This document shows positions 9,379-18,434 of a stretch of DNA of 61,593 nt, one piece after another (position 1 is the stretch's first letter; each line of letters begins with the position of its first letter). Below the pieces are notes generated by a model. That model saw only the letters and a list, made by a program, of their open reading frames with translations. It searched no databases and was not told where the DNA came from. Source of the stretch: a virus (taxonomy: Duplodnaviria; Caudoviricetes); IMG/VR virus record IMGVR_UViG_3300032288_002010, positions 1 through 61,593 of that record. One strand, given 5' to 3'. Both the position numbers and the translations under genes were made by a program.

Positions 9379-10334
9379 AAAAGTTATCTTATATTATAAC
9401 AATATTCTGTTCGTTGTTTTTGTTGAGTTGTTCAACGTTGAGACCCACAAACCAAGTTGATGACAATCAGAAGAAGATCGGTAAAGAAGAAAAAAAGGTC
9501 GAAAATACTATAGAAGAAATTGACAAAAATGCTAAACAAAAGAAAATACAGACCGCTACACTAGCTGCTGGTATTCAACACTCATTGAGTGCTGTAACAA
9601 ATCCTCCAACCGAGGTGAAAACTGCTAAGGATTTAAATGAACGAGTTATTTCTATAGTAGGAGTTCCACATGTAGATGAACTTAATAAAGTGAAACAAAT
9701 GGTTGATTTATTGAATTCTGTAGTAATCGAAGAACGCAAACGTGGCGAAAAAATGTTAGCGGAAAAAGATCAAATTATAAATAAACTACAAAAAGAAACT
9801 ACCGAATTAAAAGAACAATATGATACCCAGATGTGGGCAATGACGGAAAAAGCCGAAGAGATAGCTAAACAAGCAGATGCCAATAAAGCTACATTGGATA
9901 GTATGAGTGGTATGTTTGGCTTAAACGCTGTAATGTGGGGATTAAAGAAGTTTGTTTTCAGTGCATTAACAGGAATTATTATATTTGGAGTAATATTCTT
10001 GGTTTTGAGAGTACTTGCAATGGTAAATCCAGCAGCAGGTGCCGCTTTCAGTATATTCAACATGATAGGTTCTTCTATCTTGGGAATCATCAAAGTATTA
10101 ACACCAAAAGCATTTGAGATGAGTAATTTTACATCAACTTCATCTGTAGATAAATACAAATCCCCACTGGTTAAGATTATTGATATAATTCAAGAATTAA
10201 AAGAAAAACAAAAAGATTTCCCAGAGAAAGAATATCCATTAAAAGAATTATTGGTTAAGTTTGATAAAGAAATGGATAGTCATGAAAAAGATCTAATTGA
10301 TGAAATTCTTTCTAATTTAAAATGGAAACGTTAA
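9375..10334 (+). CDS. Lipoprotein with coiled coil and C-terminal transmembrane segments (spanin-like topology)
   Basis: MKK, hydrophobic stretch, LLSC lipobox; long coiled coil; hydrophobic FVFSALTGIIIFGVIFLVL and AAGAAFSIFNMIGSSILGII. Confidence 0.6.
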   Translation: MKKLSYIITIFCSLFLLSCSTLRPTNQVDDNQKKIGKEEKKVENTIEEIDKNAKQKKIQTATLAAGIQHSLSAVTNPPTEVKTAKDLNERVISIVGVPHVDELNKVKQMVDLLNSVVIEERKRGEKMLAEKDQIINKLQKETTELKEQYDTQMWAMTEKAEEIAKQADANKATLDSMSGMFGLNAVMWGLKKFVFSALTGIIIFGVIFLVLRVLAMVNPAAGAAFSIFNMIGSSILGIIKVLTPKAFEMSNFTSTSSVDKYKSPLVKIIDIIQELKEKQKDFPEKEYPLKELLVKFDKEMDSHEKDLIDEILSNLKWKR

Positions 10335-10340
10335 AAATAC

Positions 10341-10369
10341 TTGACATATTATTTGTGTAATATTACTAT
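10341..10369 (+). promoter_or_regulatory. Sigma70-type promoter TTGACA-N17-TACTAT
   Basis: Near-consensus boxes with optimal spacing; predicted +1 falls at about the ATG at 10376. Confidence 0.75.
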
Positions 10370-10375
10370 GATGTA

Positions 10376-11149
10376 ATGTCAGAGTATTGTGACACATCAT
10401 TAATTTACTTAAAAAGCATCAATAAGAATGTTGCAAAATCTCTTATTGAAAAGAATCATTATTCTCATAAATGGACATTATGCACCGTCGCATATGGAAT
10501 ATATTACAAAGATTATGTAGAAGGCACTTTCTTCGGTGGTTATAATAGTAAATTAATTGGCGTATTGGTGTATGGTAACGCTGTTGGACGTAATGCTAGT
10601 ACAAGTATAAGCCCTCTACTAACAAATGATAATGTATTTGAATTAACTCGTTTGTGGATAGAAGATGGATATGGCAAGAATATAGAAAGTTATTGTATTG
10701 CTGAAAGTTTCAGACTATTGAATATAGAATACCCACAAATAAAATGCATTCTAAGTTACGCAGATAGTGAGGTTGGTCATGCGGGTACAATCTATCAAGC
10801 CACTGGATTTCTATATCAAGGTGATAACTATGTAGATATTGCGTTGATGCCTAACTATAGTGTTAGTTTAGTAGGGCCACCCAAATATGACTGGATACAT
10901 AGTAGAAGCGTGTATTCACGTTGGAAGACTCACAGTGTAGACAAACTAAAAGAAAGAATTGGTAGAACGTTTTGGCGTAAAAGAGAAAGTGGTAAACATC
11001 GTTATATCAAGTTTATTAGTAACAAGATAGAAAATAAAAAGTTAACTAAATCTCTCAAACACAAAACTTTACCATATCTGAAAAGCACATCTTTCAAAGA
11101 AGAAGTACAAGAAATTATTGTCGATTCTACCAACGAATTTTTTGAATAA
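10376..11149 (+). CDS. mom: Mom-family (GNAT-fold) DNA adenine modification protein
   Basis: KNHYSH, FELTRLW and SYADS..GH.GTIYQATGFLYQG motifs typical of Mu Mom homologues. Confidence 0.75.
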   Translation: MSEYCDTSLIYLKSINKNVAKSLIEKNHYSHKWTLCTVAYGIYYKDYVEGTFFGGYNSKLIGVLVYGNAVGRNASTSISPLLTNDNVFELTRLWIEDGYGKNIESYCIAESFRLLNIEYPQIKCILSYADSEVGHAGTIYQATGFLYQGDNYVDIALMPNYSVSLVGPPKYDWIHSRSVYSRWKTHSVDKLKERIGRTFWRKRESGKHRYIKFISNKIENKKLTKSLKHKTLPYLKSTSFKEEVQEIIVDSTNEFFE

Positions 11150-11155
11150 TGCAAG

Positions 11156-11190
11156 AAAAAACCCCCTACCTTTCGGTAGAGGGTTTGTTT
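11156..11190. terminator. Probable bidirectional Rho-independent terminator between convergent mom and capsid genes
   Basis: aaaccccctacc-tttc-ggtagagggttt flanked by A- and T-runs; GAAA loop on the - strand. Confidence 0.8.
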
Positions 11191-11210
11191 TAACTTACTA
11201 ATCGTTCAGA

Positions 11211-12959
11211 TTATACGGTGTCTAGGTCACTGATGATAACCTTACCATAGAATTCAGGACGTACTACCTTCTTAGCGTAGCGGGTCATTACGCCTCTACG
11301 TGGTGTGAAGTTAGTTGGGTCATAAACCAATGGAGTTTGGATTAGTGGAATATATGGAGCATATACTGCACCGGTTTCTAGGAAGTTACTTCCACGGAAA
11401 CCAACCAAGATTACGTTATCGGTCATGTATGGGTTCTTGTAGACTTGGAAGCGACTTGCGAAGCTACCAACACGGCTTACACCCATTGCGAACTTGGCTT
11501 GGTCACCATCGGTGTTAACAACATATCCTGGGATTGATTCCAAGATGGTTGCTACGTCTGGTGAACATACCAAGAAGTTTGCACCACCACGTAGAGTCAA
11601 TTGGTGAATCTTGTTAGAGACCTTTTGGATCTTGTTACCAAGAGTTTGGAACCAAGTGCTCTTTACGTAAGCAGTACGATTTGCAGAAACATTTGTATTA
11701 CGTGTGAACGTAGCTACATTTGTTGAGGTATTTAATGTCTTGCTGAACTCTGTACCGATTTGGGCTGACCAAGCTTCGGTTGTAGTACCAGTGACAGACT
11801 CGTTCAACATGTCTAGGATTTCGAGATCGATTTCCATAGATACATATTCACTCAATAGAGCAGTAAGTTCTGCTTCTGCATCGATAGAGTGATATGCGTT
11901 CAAGTCTTGAGCCAATTCTGGGGTCCAGACTGCCTTCAACTTACGGGTCTTAGCAACGATTGGTTCGCTGTTTAGTACCAAGTTAACTTCTGGGATATTG
12001 ATATCAGTATCAATACTTTGAGTTGCTGTAGCAGCGCTGTTACCAGAACCTTCACCAGCGGTCTTACCAGCTTCGAAGTCACCACGTAGGTTATCGGTTG
12101 GTTGAATGGTGTAGTTCAACTTTGGAGTTTGTGCTGGTGTAGTAGCAGTACTTGATTGACTTACGAACAAATTAATTACATAATTTGGAGCAGACAATGT
12201 ACCATTGTTGATTACGTTAGCATAGGTATTCAATACTGTGTAAGCGGCGTTACCAGTGGTTTGTAGACCGAATGAACGTACTGCGTTCAAGTCAGCGTTC
12301 CAAACGTAACCAGAAGCAGCAACTGCATTGGTTTGAGTATTGTCGTTAATGTCAAGAGAAATCTTGAAGACACCCTTAACGTTACCGCTTCTCAATGATG
12401 AACTGAATTCAGAAGCAAATTGTAGATCGTTCCAGCTTGCTGATGCTACAGTTGCGTTTGCGCTTGTGAAAGCGGAACTTGTTACTGTACGTTCAGAGTA
12501 AGCATAACGACCTTGGCCGTATAGACCGTTTACTGCGGAATCAGTAGAACCGTACTTCAATTGGTTACCACCGAACAAGCTTTCGCCTGCAGTGTGACCC
12601 AAGTGATTACCGGAACCATACTTAAAGTCTAAGTAGAATACTAGACCAGATGGTAGATTCATTGGTTGTACGCTGACGAATTCCTTAGCGGCAATTTCAG
12701 CGAACACACGACGAACCAATGGTAGAGCAACACCAGCCCATTGTTCTGAACTGGTAGAGGTACCAGTTGTAGAAGCTTCGTCTAGAAGTTGCTTTGCTTG
12801 GTTTTCCAAGAGGATTGACATGTGTGCCTTCTCAACGCCATTTACGCCTTCAAGAAGACCTGTCTTTTCCCACTTGCTTTGTAGTCCACGGGTTTCAGCC
12901 ATCAATTTGGCTTGTGGATTCATATTGTTTGTCAATAGACCTTTAATGTCCATACTCAT
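11211..12959 (-). CDS. Major capsid protein (T4 gp23-like)
   Basis: LPLVRR, VQPMNLPSGLVFYL, AKTRKLKAVWTPELAQDL, YAPYIPL, FTPRRGVMTRY. Confidence 0.95.
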   Translation of the reverse strand: MSMDIKGLLTNNMNPQAKLMAETRGLQSKWEKTGLLEGVNGVEKAHMSILLENQAKQLLDEASTTGTSTSSEQWAGVALPLVRRVFAEIAAKEFVSVQPMNLPSGLVFYLDFKYGSGNHLGHTAGESLFGGNQLKYGSTDSAVNGLYGQGRYAYSERTVTSSAFTSANATVASASWNDLQFASEFSSSLRSGNVKGVFKISLDINDNTQTNAVAASGYVWNADLNAVRSFGLQTTGNAAYTVLNTYANVINNGTLSAPNYVINLFVSQSSTATTPAQTPKLNYTIQPTDNLRGDFEAGKTAGEGSGNSAATATQSIDTDINIPEVNLVLNSEPIVAKTRKLKAVWTPELAQDLNAYHSIDAEAELTALLSEYVSMEIDLEILDMLNESVTGTTTEAWSAQIGTEFSKTLNTSTNVATFTRNTNVSANRTAYVKSTWFQTLGNKIQKVSNKIHQLTLRGGANFLVCSPDVATILESIPGYVVNTDGDQAKFAMGVSRVGSFASRFQVYKNPYMTDNVILVGFRGSNFLETGAVYAPYIPLIQTPLVYDPTNFTPRRGVMTRYAKKVVRPEFYGKVIISDLDTV

Positions 12960-13009
12960 ATTTTTGTTTCTTTCTATATTTTTCTGTTAGGTTTTTACTC
13001 GCAAACTAA

Positions 13010-14113
13010 TTACTTCTTGATTCCTGCGAGTTTTTGGAATCTTGAAGTCATCACATCAGCTTGAGGTTCTACAATGGTAGAATCAGGCTTTGTTGATGAT
13101 ACTGGTTTGCTTGCCAAACCCTCGGTGATAGTACTTACAGTTGCATTGGTCTTCTTTTTAACAACTGATCCACCGGCATTAATTGATTCGGCCAAAACGG
13201 TGTATGCCAACTTGACTTCACGAATGTTCTTGGTCAAGTCGAAAGTGTTGATGATCTTCAACTTTTGATCTTCAGTAAGAGCCTTACCTTTGAACAACTT
13301 GTTGGTGTATAGCAACTTAGCATTCAACAAATTGGTTTCAGCGAGAACACCCTTCAAATACTTGACGGTGTTTACGTGTTCACTCAATTGGTCTTTCAAT
13401 GCTTCGTTTTCTTCATTGATAGCTACTAGAGCTTCAGCCATTTCTTCGTAAGTTACTTCACCTTCAGATGGTGATGGTACTTGACCTGGAACTGGTGCTG
13501 GAGCTGGTGCTGGAACAGCAGCAGCCATAGGATCTACTGGAGCAGCTGGAACTGGAGCTGGAGCAACTGCAGCTGCAGCTGGATCAGCAACTTCATCTTC
13601 CATTTCTAATTCTGCCAATAGTTCGTCGAGGTTTACTTCTTCACCTTCGTCAACAGTTTCTTCAACTGATTCGTTGGTTTCTTTTTCCTCACCTTTTTCT
13701 TCCTTCTCTTCCTTTTCTTCACTAACTACTTCACCTTCAAGTTCAGCTAGAATTTCATCTAGTTCTTCACTGGTGATTTCTTCGTCAGAAGCACCTGCTT
13801 CTTCTTCCAACTTCGCATCAAACTCTTGAGATCCTGGTTTGACGGTGTTCTTGTTTGCGGCAGGTGATGGTTTTACAGGATGTTGCTTTGAAGCTTCATT
13901 TCCTTTTTCTCCACCAATCTTTGAAGTTGACAAGTTTTCTTCAACTTGTTCTTCGGCTGCTGGTTCGTCTGTCATTTCTTCCTTGAGTTTTTCTGCGAAC
14001 ATTTCTTTCATGCTCTTAGCAAAATTTTCCTCAAGAAAGGTCTTTGCATTGGCAATTGCTGTTTCACGAACAGCCTTTGCGTCTGCGATGCTTTCCTTTA
14101 ATAGATCGCTCAT
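13010..14113 (-). CDS. Prohead scaffolding/core protein (gp22-like)
   Basis: Acidic coiled coil directly upstream of the capsid gene; many L-x-E sites; ends RFQKLAGIKK; SD GAAAGGA at 14126-14132. Confidence 0.75.
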   Translation of the reverse strand: MSDLLKESIADAKAVRETAIANAKTFLEENFAKSMKEMFAEKLKEEMTDEPAAEEQVEENLSTSKIGGEKGNEASKQHPVKPSPAANKNTVKPGSQEFDAKLEEEAGASDEEITSEELDEILAELEGEVVSEEKEEKEEKGEEKETNESVEETVDEGEEVNLDELLAELEMEDEVADPAAAAVAPAPVPAAPVDPMAAAVPAPAPAPVPGQVPSPSEGEVTYEEMAEALVAINEENEALKDQLSEHVNTVKYLKGVLAETNLLNAKLLYTNKLFKGKALTEDQKLKIINTFDLTKNIREVKLAYTVLAESINAGGSVVKKKTNATVSTITEGLASKPVSSTKPDSTIVEPQADVMTSRFQKLAGIKK

Positions 14114-14268
14114 ATAATATTACTATCCTTTCTTATTGTTTTTTGGTGAAGTTATTGGAGAACTCCAAAGAAGATTAATTTAGATGTAGACATCAAATGA
14201 TTGATGTATTTGATAAATAAATATAATTAAAAATCGCAAGATGTTAAAAAAAATGATATTTATTGTAT

Positions 14269-14889
14269 ATGCCAGCACAAAGTGAAAAGCAAGCAAGATT
14301 ATTTAGACTAGTACGTGGAGTTCAAAAAGGCGATGTAAAACCATCTAGTGTATCTCCACAAGTACGTAAAATGGCTAAAACTATCAAACCAGGCAGTGTA
14401 AAAGATTTTACTAAGGTTAAGGAAATTATCAATAGACTAAAAGAAGATGATACTGCAAAAGGTGTTGGATCTGAATATACACTTAGTAAAGCAAAAGAAA
14501 TTACAGACAAACCATTTGATCAAGTTTTAAGAGAAAACGTTGGTGTACCATTTGATCAAAAAGAATTATTAACCTTTCAATCCAAACAAAAAGGTTTTGC
14601 TGGTTTTGGTCAAACAAACTTTATTCATAAAAGAAGTACCAGAGAAGTATCTGCTGATGTACAAAGCAATGATTCAAATAAAAAGTTTGTATTCAAGAAG
14701 TTGACTAACAATCAGAACAAAGGATTTTATAACTATGCTTGTTTTGTTAGAATCGTATCAGATGATTCGGATGAACCAACTGATAAAGTGTTTTATGTTT
14801 TGAGTAGCATGTTTGAAGACGAAGACGGAACAAAGAAAACCAAAATCCTAGCAGATTTTATAGATAGAATTAACTCATATGGCCTATAA
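14269..14889 (+). CDS. Hypothetical protein (MPAQSEKQARLF...)
   Basis: ATG at 14269 with TATTTATT at 14257-14264. Confidence 0.65.
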   Translation: MPAQSEKQARLFRLVRGVQKGDVKPSSVSPQVRKMAKTIKPGSVKDFTKVKEIINRLKEDDTAKGVGSEYTLSKAKEITDKPFDQVLRENVGVPFDQKELLTFQSKQKGFAGFGQTNFIHKRSTREVSADVQSNDSNKKFVFKKLTNNQNKGFYNYACFVRIVSDDSDEPTDKVFYVLSSMFEDEDGTKKTKILADFIDRINSYGL

Positions 14890-15307
14890 TTACAACCCAA
14901 ATTTCGGTAAGCACATGGAAATTAGTAAAAGTAATTCTAAGTTCTTAAAACAACTCAGAAATAACGAGAACTTTAATTACAAACCTACAACCATGAAGAT
15001 GAGAAATTTTCTAAATAACGAACAAGAAGAAATTCAAAAGTATAAAATTGCTGATATTGATAATCCAAATGGTTGGTGTTTTAACGAAATTGACACATTA
15101 GGTCACATGGGATTCAAGATGGATGATGATTATGATTTATCTTGTGAAGTAGAAATTCCAACATTAGAAATGGAAGGTAATAAACAAACCGTTAAGGTAT
15201 ATAAAGAAGAAGACGGGTATGTTTTGGAAACATCCCGTCGTTATGTATTTGAAACTTTTAATAAATTAATTGAATTTATTGATAGTATTCCAACCAAAAT
15301 ATTTTAA
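14879..15307 (+). CDS. Hypothetical protein
   Basis: 142-aa ORF overlapping the previous gene; convergent TTAA overlap with the next gene. Confidence 0.6.
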   Translation: MAYNYNPNFGKHMEISKSNSKFLKQLRNNENFNYKPTTMKMRNFLNNEQEEIQKYKIADIDNPNGWCFNEIDTLGHMGFKMDDDYDLSCEVEIPTLEMEGNKQTVKVYKEEDGYVLETSRRYVFETFNKLIEFIDSIPTKIF

Positions 15308-15732
15308 ATCTGAGTTGGTGGCTTTTGTTCACCAGTTGGATCTTGTGTTGGTTGTGCAACGTCTGCTATTTCAAAATAGCGTTCTAGTTTCATACCAATT
15401 TCTTCATACAACATTTCCATTTGCTTTTCTACACCTTTGATCTTTTGTGATTCTTCGTATAGTTTGGTAGCCATCTTTTTGACTTCCTTCATATCACGTT
15501 CAATCATCTTGGCTTCCATCCATTCGTTACACTCTTTAATAGCATAACGTTCTGCCAAATTAACTGCTTCCATAATTTTGGTTGCGGTTTCATAGACATT
15601 TTCGGCCTTCAATGAACCACGATATTCATTATAAGCTTTGATGGTTTCGTACAACTTCTTCTTTTCTTCTTTAGTCAAAGGAGTGTAAGCAATTTCTGTG
15701 GAATTTTCTACTAAATGTTTTAGCTTAATCAT
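15304..15732 (-). CDS. Helical hypothetical protein with MIKLKHLVE leader (head module)
   Basis: Follows the prohead protease; TATTTATA at 15738-15745. Confidence 0.65.
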   Translation of the reverse strand: MIKLKHLVENSTEIAYTPLTKEEKKKLYETIKAYNEYRGSLKAENVYETATKIMEAVNLAERYAIKECNEWMEAKMIERDMKEVKKMATKLYEESQKIKGVEKQMEMLYEEIGMKLERYFEIADVAQPTQDPTGEQKPPTQI

Positions 15733-15755
15733 ATGAATATAAATATTGTTTAAAA

Positions 15756-16358
15756 TTACAATTCAGAAAGAATATTGTGAATTAGTCTTTCTACGTTATT
15801 GTATGGGTTGATGATAATTCTTTGATCAACACTTTCGTTGATTTTACCTTGAGGATACATGAATGCACCTTGTGTACTAGGATTGCTTACAAAGTCAAAG
15901 GCAATTAAATCAAAATCATCTTGTACTACGTCAGCACCTTCTCTCATGTCTTTCTTAACACTACCTAGACCACGACTACTGATACCCAATAAAATTCCAG
16001 ATTGTAGTAGATCTCTGAGAATATTACCACTTGGTGTAGGAAGAATTTCAACAGTACCAACTAAATCTTTACCATCCCACCCCATATCTGTGATGTTATG
16101 ACTAACGTTTTTTAAGTTAACAACAGATGATTCTGGATGATCAAGTTCACCCATAGCACGACGTTGTTTAACAAAATTATCCATGTATTTTGCTGCTTCA
16201 CGTTTTAAAATCTCTTCTGGATATACACGGCCGTTTTGATTCTTTGCGTCGGCACGTTGTAATACACCATTTACAAGAAGTTTGCCATCTTTCAATGATT
16301 CGTTTAGTGATGTCTTTTTAAATTCAAAAGGTAATACGTCGATTAGAATTTGTTTCAT
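15756..16358 (-). CDS. Prohead maturation protease (T4 gp21-like)
   Basis: NQNGRVYP, GELDHP, GISSRGLGS, DFVSNPS. Confidence 0.92.
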   Translation of the reverse strand: MKQILIDVLPFEFKKTSLNESLKDGKLLVNGVLQRADAKNQNGRVYPEEILKREAAKYMDNFVKQRRAMGELDHPESSVVNLKNVSHNITDMGWDGKDLVGTVEILPTPSGNILRDLLQSGILLGISSRGLGSVKKDMREGADVVQDDFDLIAFDFVSNPSTQGAFMYPQGKINESVDQRIIINPYNNVERLIHNILSEL

Positions 16359-16359
16359 A

Positions 16360-17514
16360 TTAAGCAGTAGGTTGAGATTGTGGTGGTTTTTCTCCAGCGG
16401 TTTGTGAAGTTACTGGAGGTTCTTCAGATGTCACATTATTTGCAGATTGTGTTGCCACCTGTTTGTTTGGATCAACTAATGCTTTTGATTTAGCTATTTG
16501 ATATTGATCTTTAGGTTTGACATCTGCTTTTCCTAAAATTTTGATTTTGAATCCTGGCTTGATGAAGAACTTAGCAGTCTTTTGTTTGCTTTCTTCACGA
16601 CCAATAATTACAATAACATATCGATCATAGTAATAATCGATTTGTACACCAGTTACATTAATAGTATAATCGGCTTCTGGTTGTTTGTATCCTTTACTAG
16701 CACGAACCACAATCTTTTTATCTAAAATTGCATCTTGAATCTTTTTTTGAAGATCCACCTTCAATTGTTCAGTACTATTTTTCAACTTGGCATCAAAGTC
16801 GGTAAAATCTGGTTGAATATCATACGATTGTAGATTTACATCAACCGGAGCTTTTTGAGCTTGTGGTGTTGGTTGTGCTGGAGCTGACACGGGTGCGGTA
16901 GATGGTGCTGGTTGAGCACCTACTTGTTGTTCAGCCTCACTTTTCAATTTATACAATAACCCACCAACACCTTCTTTACGCATTTGTCTAACAAGTCTAT
17001 TTGCGTGTTCAGTTACAGGCAAAATTCCTTGTTCATGACCAGCCAATGCTGGATCCAATTCTGGATCTCCATGTTGTACTAAACCATTAGAATCTTTATA
17101 TGTAGCAACTGGCTCTATATTTTGAGCAGGAGTAACATATGCTGGTTCACTATACATTTGATTCTCTAAAGCATAACCAGGACTTTTCTTTACAGGTTTA
17201 GCCAACTTAAATCCGAATTGTGTTGCAGCACGTACATTACCAGGAGATTTTTTATTGGAACTAAATGCAAATGGTGTCATTACACCAGGAACACCCGATG
17301 TTGTACTAGCTTCATTCTTCTTCTTCAACTTGGCATCCACCTGCTTTTTTATTTTTTCACGAGTAGATGGTGAAATTTTATCTGCGTGAGATTGCAACCA
17401 CGCATTGTATTCTTGTTTAGAAATACGAGCTAACTCGCTATCTCTATAATATTCAGCGTATTTTTTAACAATATCTCTAAATGGGTCACCTGATTCTTTA
17501 AGGAGTTTTTTCAT
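16360..17514 (-). CDS. Hypothetical head-module protein with several x-x-E candidate cleavage sites
   Basis: MKKLLKES start; NEASTTSGVPGVMTPFAF; between portal and protease. Confidence 0.6.
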   Translation of the reverse strand: MKKLLKESGDPFRDIVKKYAEYYRDSELARISKQEYNAWLQSHADKISPSTREKIKKQVDAKLKKKNEASTTSGVPGVMTPFAFSSNKKSPGNVRAATQFGFKLAKPVKKSPGYALENQMYSEPAYVTPAQNIEPVATYKDSNGLVQHGDPELDPALAGHEQGILPVTEHANRLVRQMRKEGVGGLLYKLKSEAEQQVGAQPAPSTAPVSAPAQPTPQAQKAPVDVNLQSYDIQPDFTDFDAKLKNSTEQLKVDLQKKIQDAILDKKIVVRASKGYKQPEADYTINVTGVQIDYYYDRYVIVIIGREESKQKTAKFFIKPGFKIKILGKADVKPKDQYQIAKSKALVDPNKQVATQSANNVTSEEPPVTSQTAGEKPPQSQPTA

Positions 17515-18373
17515 TTTGAATCTTTTTTAATTCCTCAACCAATTCATATGCAGTCAAAAGAGATGTGAGTTGGTTCTCTTTTACTAACCCACTGATAGTT
17601 TTGTTTGAAAGTTGAGTGATAGTTTCATTCAACTTAATCTTAATAACTTCGTTGTTTTTAATTACCGAAATAGTTTCTTTTAAAATTTCAGAGACTCTCT
17701 TATACTCTAAATTTACAAACTCAGTAAACTTGTTTGTGTTGGACACATTTGTAATATACTCCTTTAACAAACGCTTTTGATCCGGTAATAGATTGCTATA
17801 TTTTTTGTTGAAGTTTTCAATTAGGAACTTATAAGCTAACAATCTAACTTCAGCTGGTTGACTATCATATATATCAAGAGGTTGTGAATCACTCTTCTTA
17901 TCCTTAGTCAAACTTTCAATAACACATTCTCTTGCTTCAATCAATTCTTCTACTCCGAACTTTACTTCATTCAAATTTTGATTTTCAAACAATTTATAAA
18001 CTGAAGCGTATAGTTTATAATTTGGAATCTTATTCTTTAAGAACTCATCGATATTATATTGTTCTTTAATTTCTTTTACCAGATTATACTTCTGTTTATT
18101 TAATTCACGAGCATCAATCTTGGAACGAGTTTGCAAAACTACATCGAGAATGCGTTCTGCTGTTTGAGGATTTTTAGAGGATTGTGATGCTATGAAGTTG
18201 TACAATTGGAACTCTTTGCCCAACTCCTTTGACTCGTTGAAGTATTTGAACATCAGATTTTTCGTGAATGATTCATCACGACCTGCCAAAATATCAGACG
18301 TTATTTGTCTGGTAAGTAGTTCGAATAGAACACCGCTATTCTTAAACTTTGAATGTTTCGCTTTCTTATGCAT
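17498..18373 (-). CDS. Helical hypothetical protein downstream of portal
   Basis: KHSKFKNSGVLFELL; ATG at 18373 preferred; TATTTATA at 18388-18395. Confidence 0.65.
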   Translation of the reverse strand: MHKKAKHSKFKNSGVLFELLTRQITSDILAGRDESFTKNLMFKYFNESKELGKEFQLYNFIASQSSKNPQTAERILDVVLQTRSKIDARELNKQKYNLVKEIKEQYNIDEFLKNKIPNYKLYASVYKLFENQNLNEVKFGVEELIEARECVIESLTKDKKSDSQPLDIYDSQPAEVRLLAYKFLIENFNKKYSNLLPDQKRLLKEYITNVSNTNKFTEFVNLEYKRVSEILKETISVIKNNEVIKIKLNETITQLSNKTISGLVKENQLTSLLTAYELVEELKKIQNEKTP

Positions 18374-18434
18374 AAGTTCCAATTAAATATAAATATAAGT
18401 AGAATTTAAAAATAATCACTATTTATACTATTCT

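Noticed and set aside
14114-14268. tRNA or other known ncRNA in the largest intergenic gap
   Set aside because: No cloverleaf or T-loop consensus; only short hairpins, reported as a leader.
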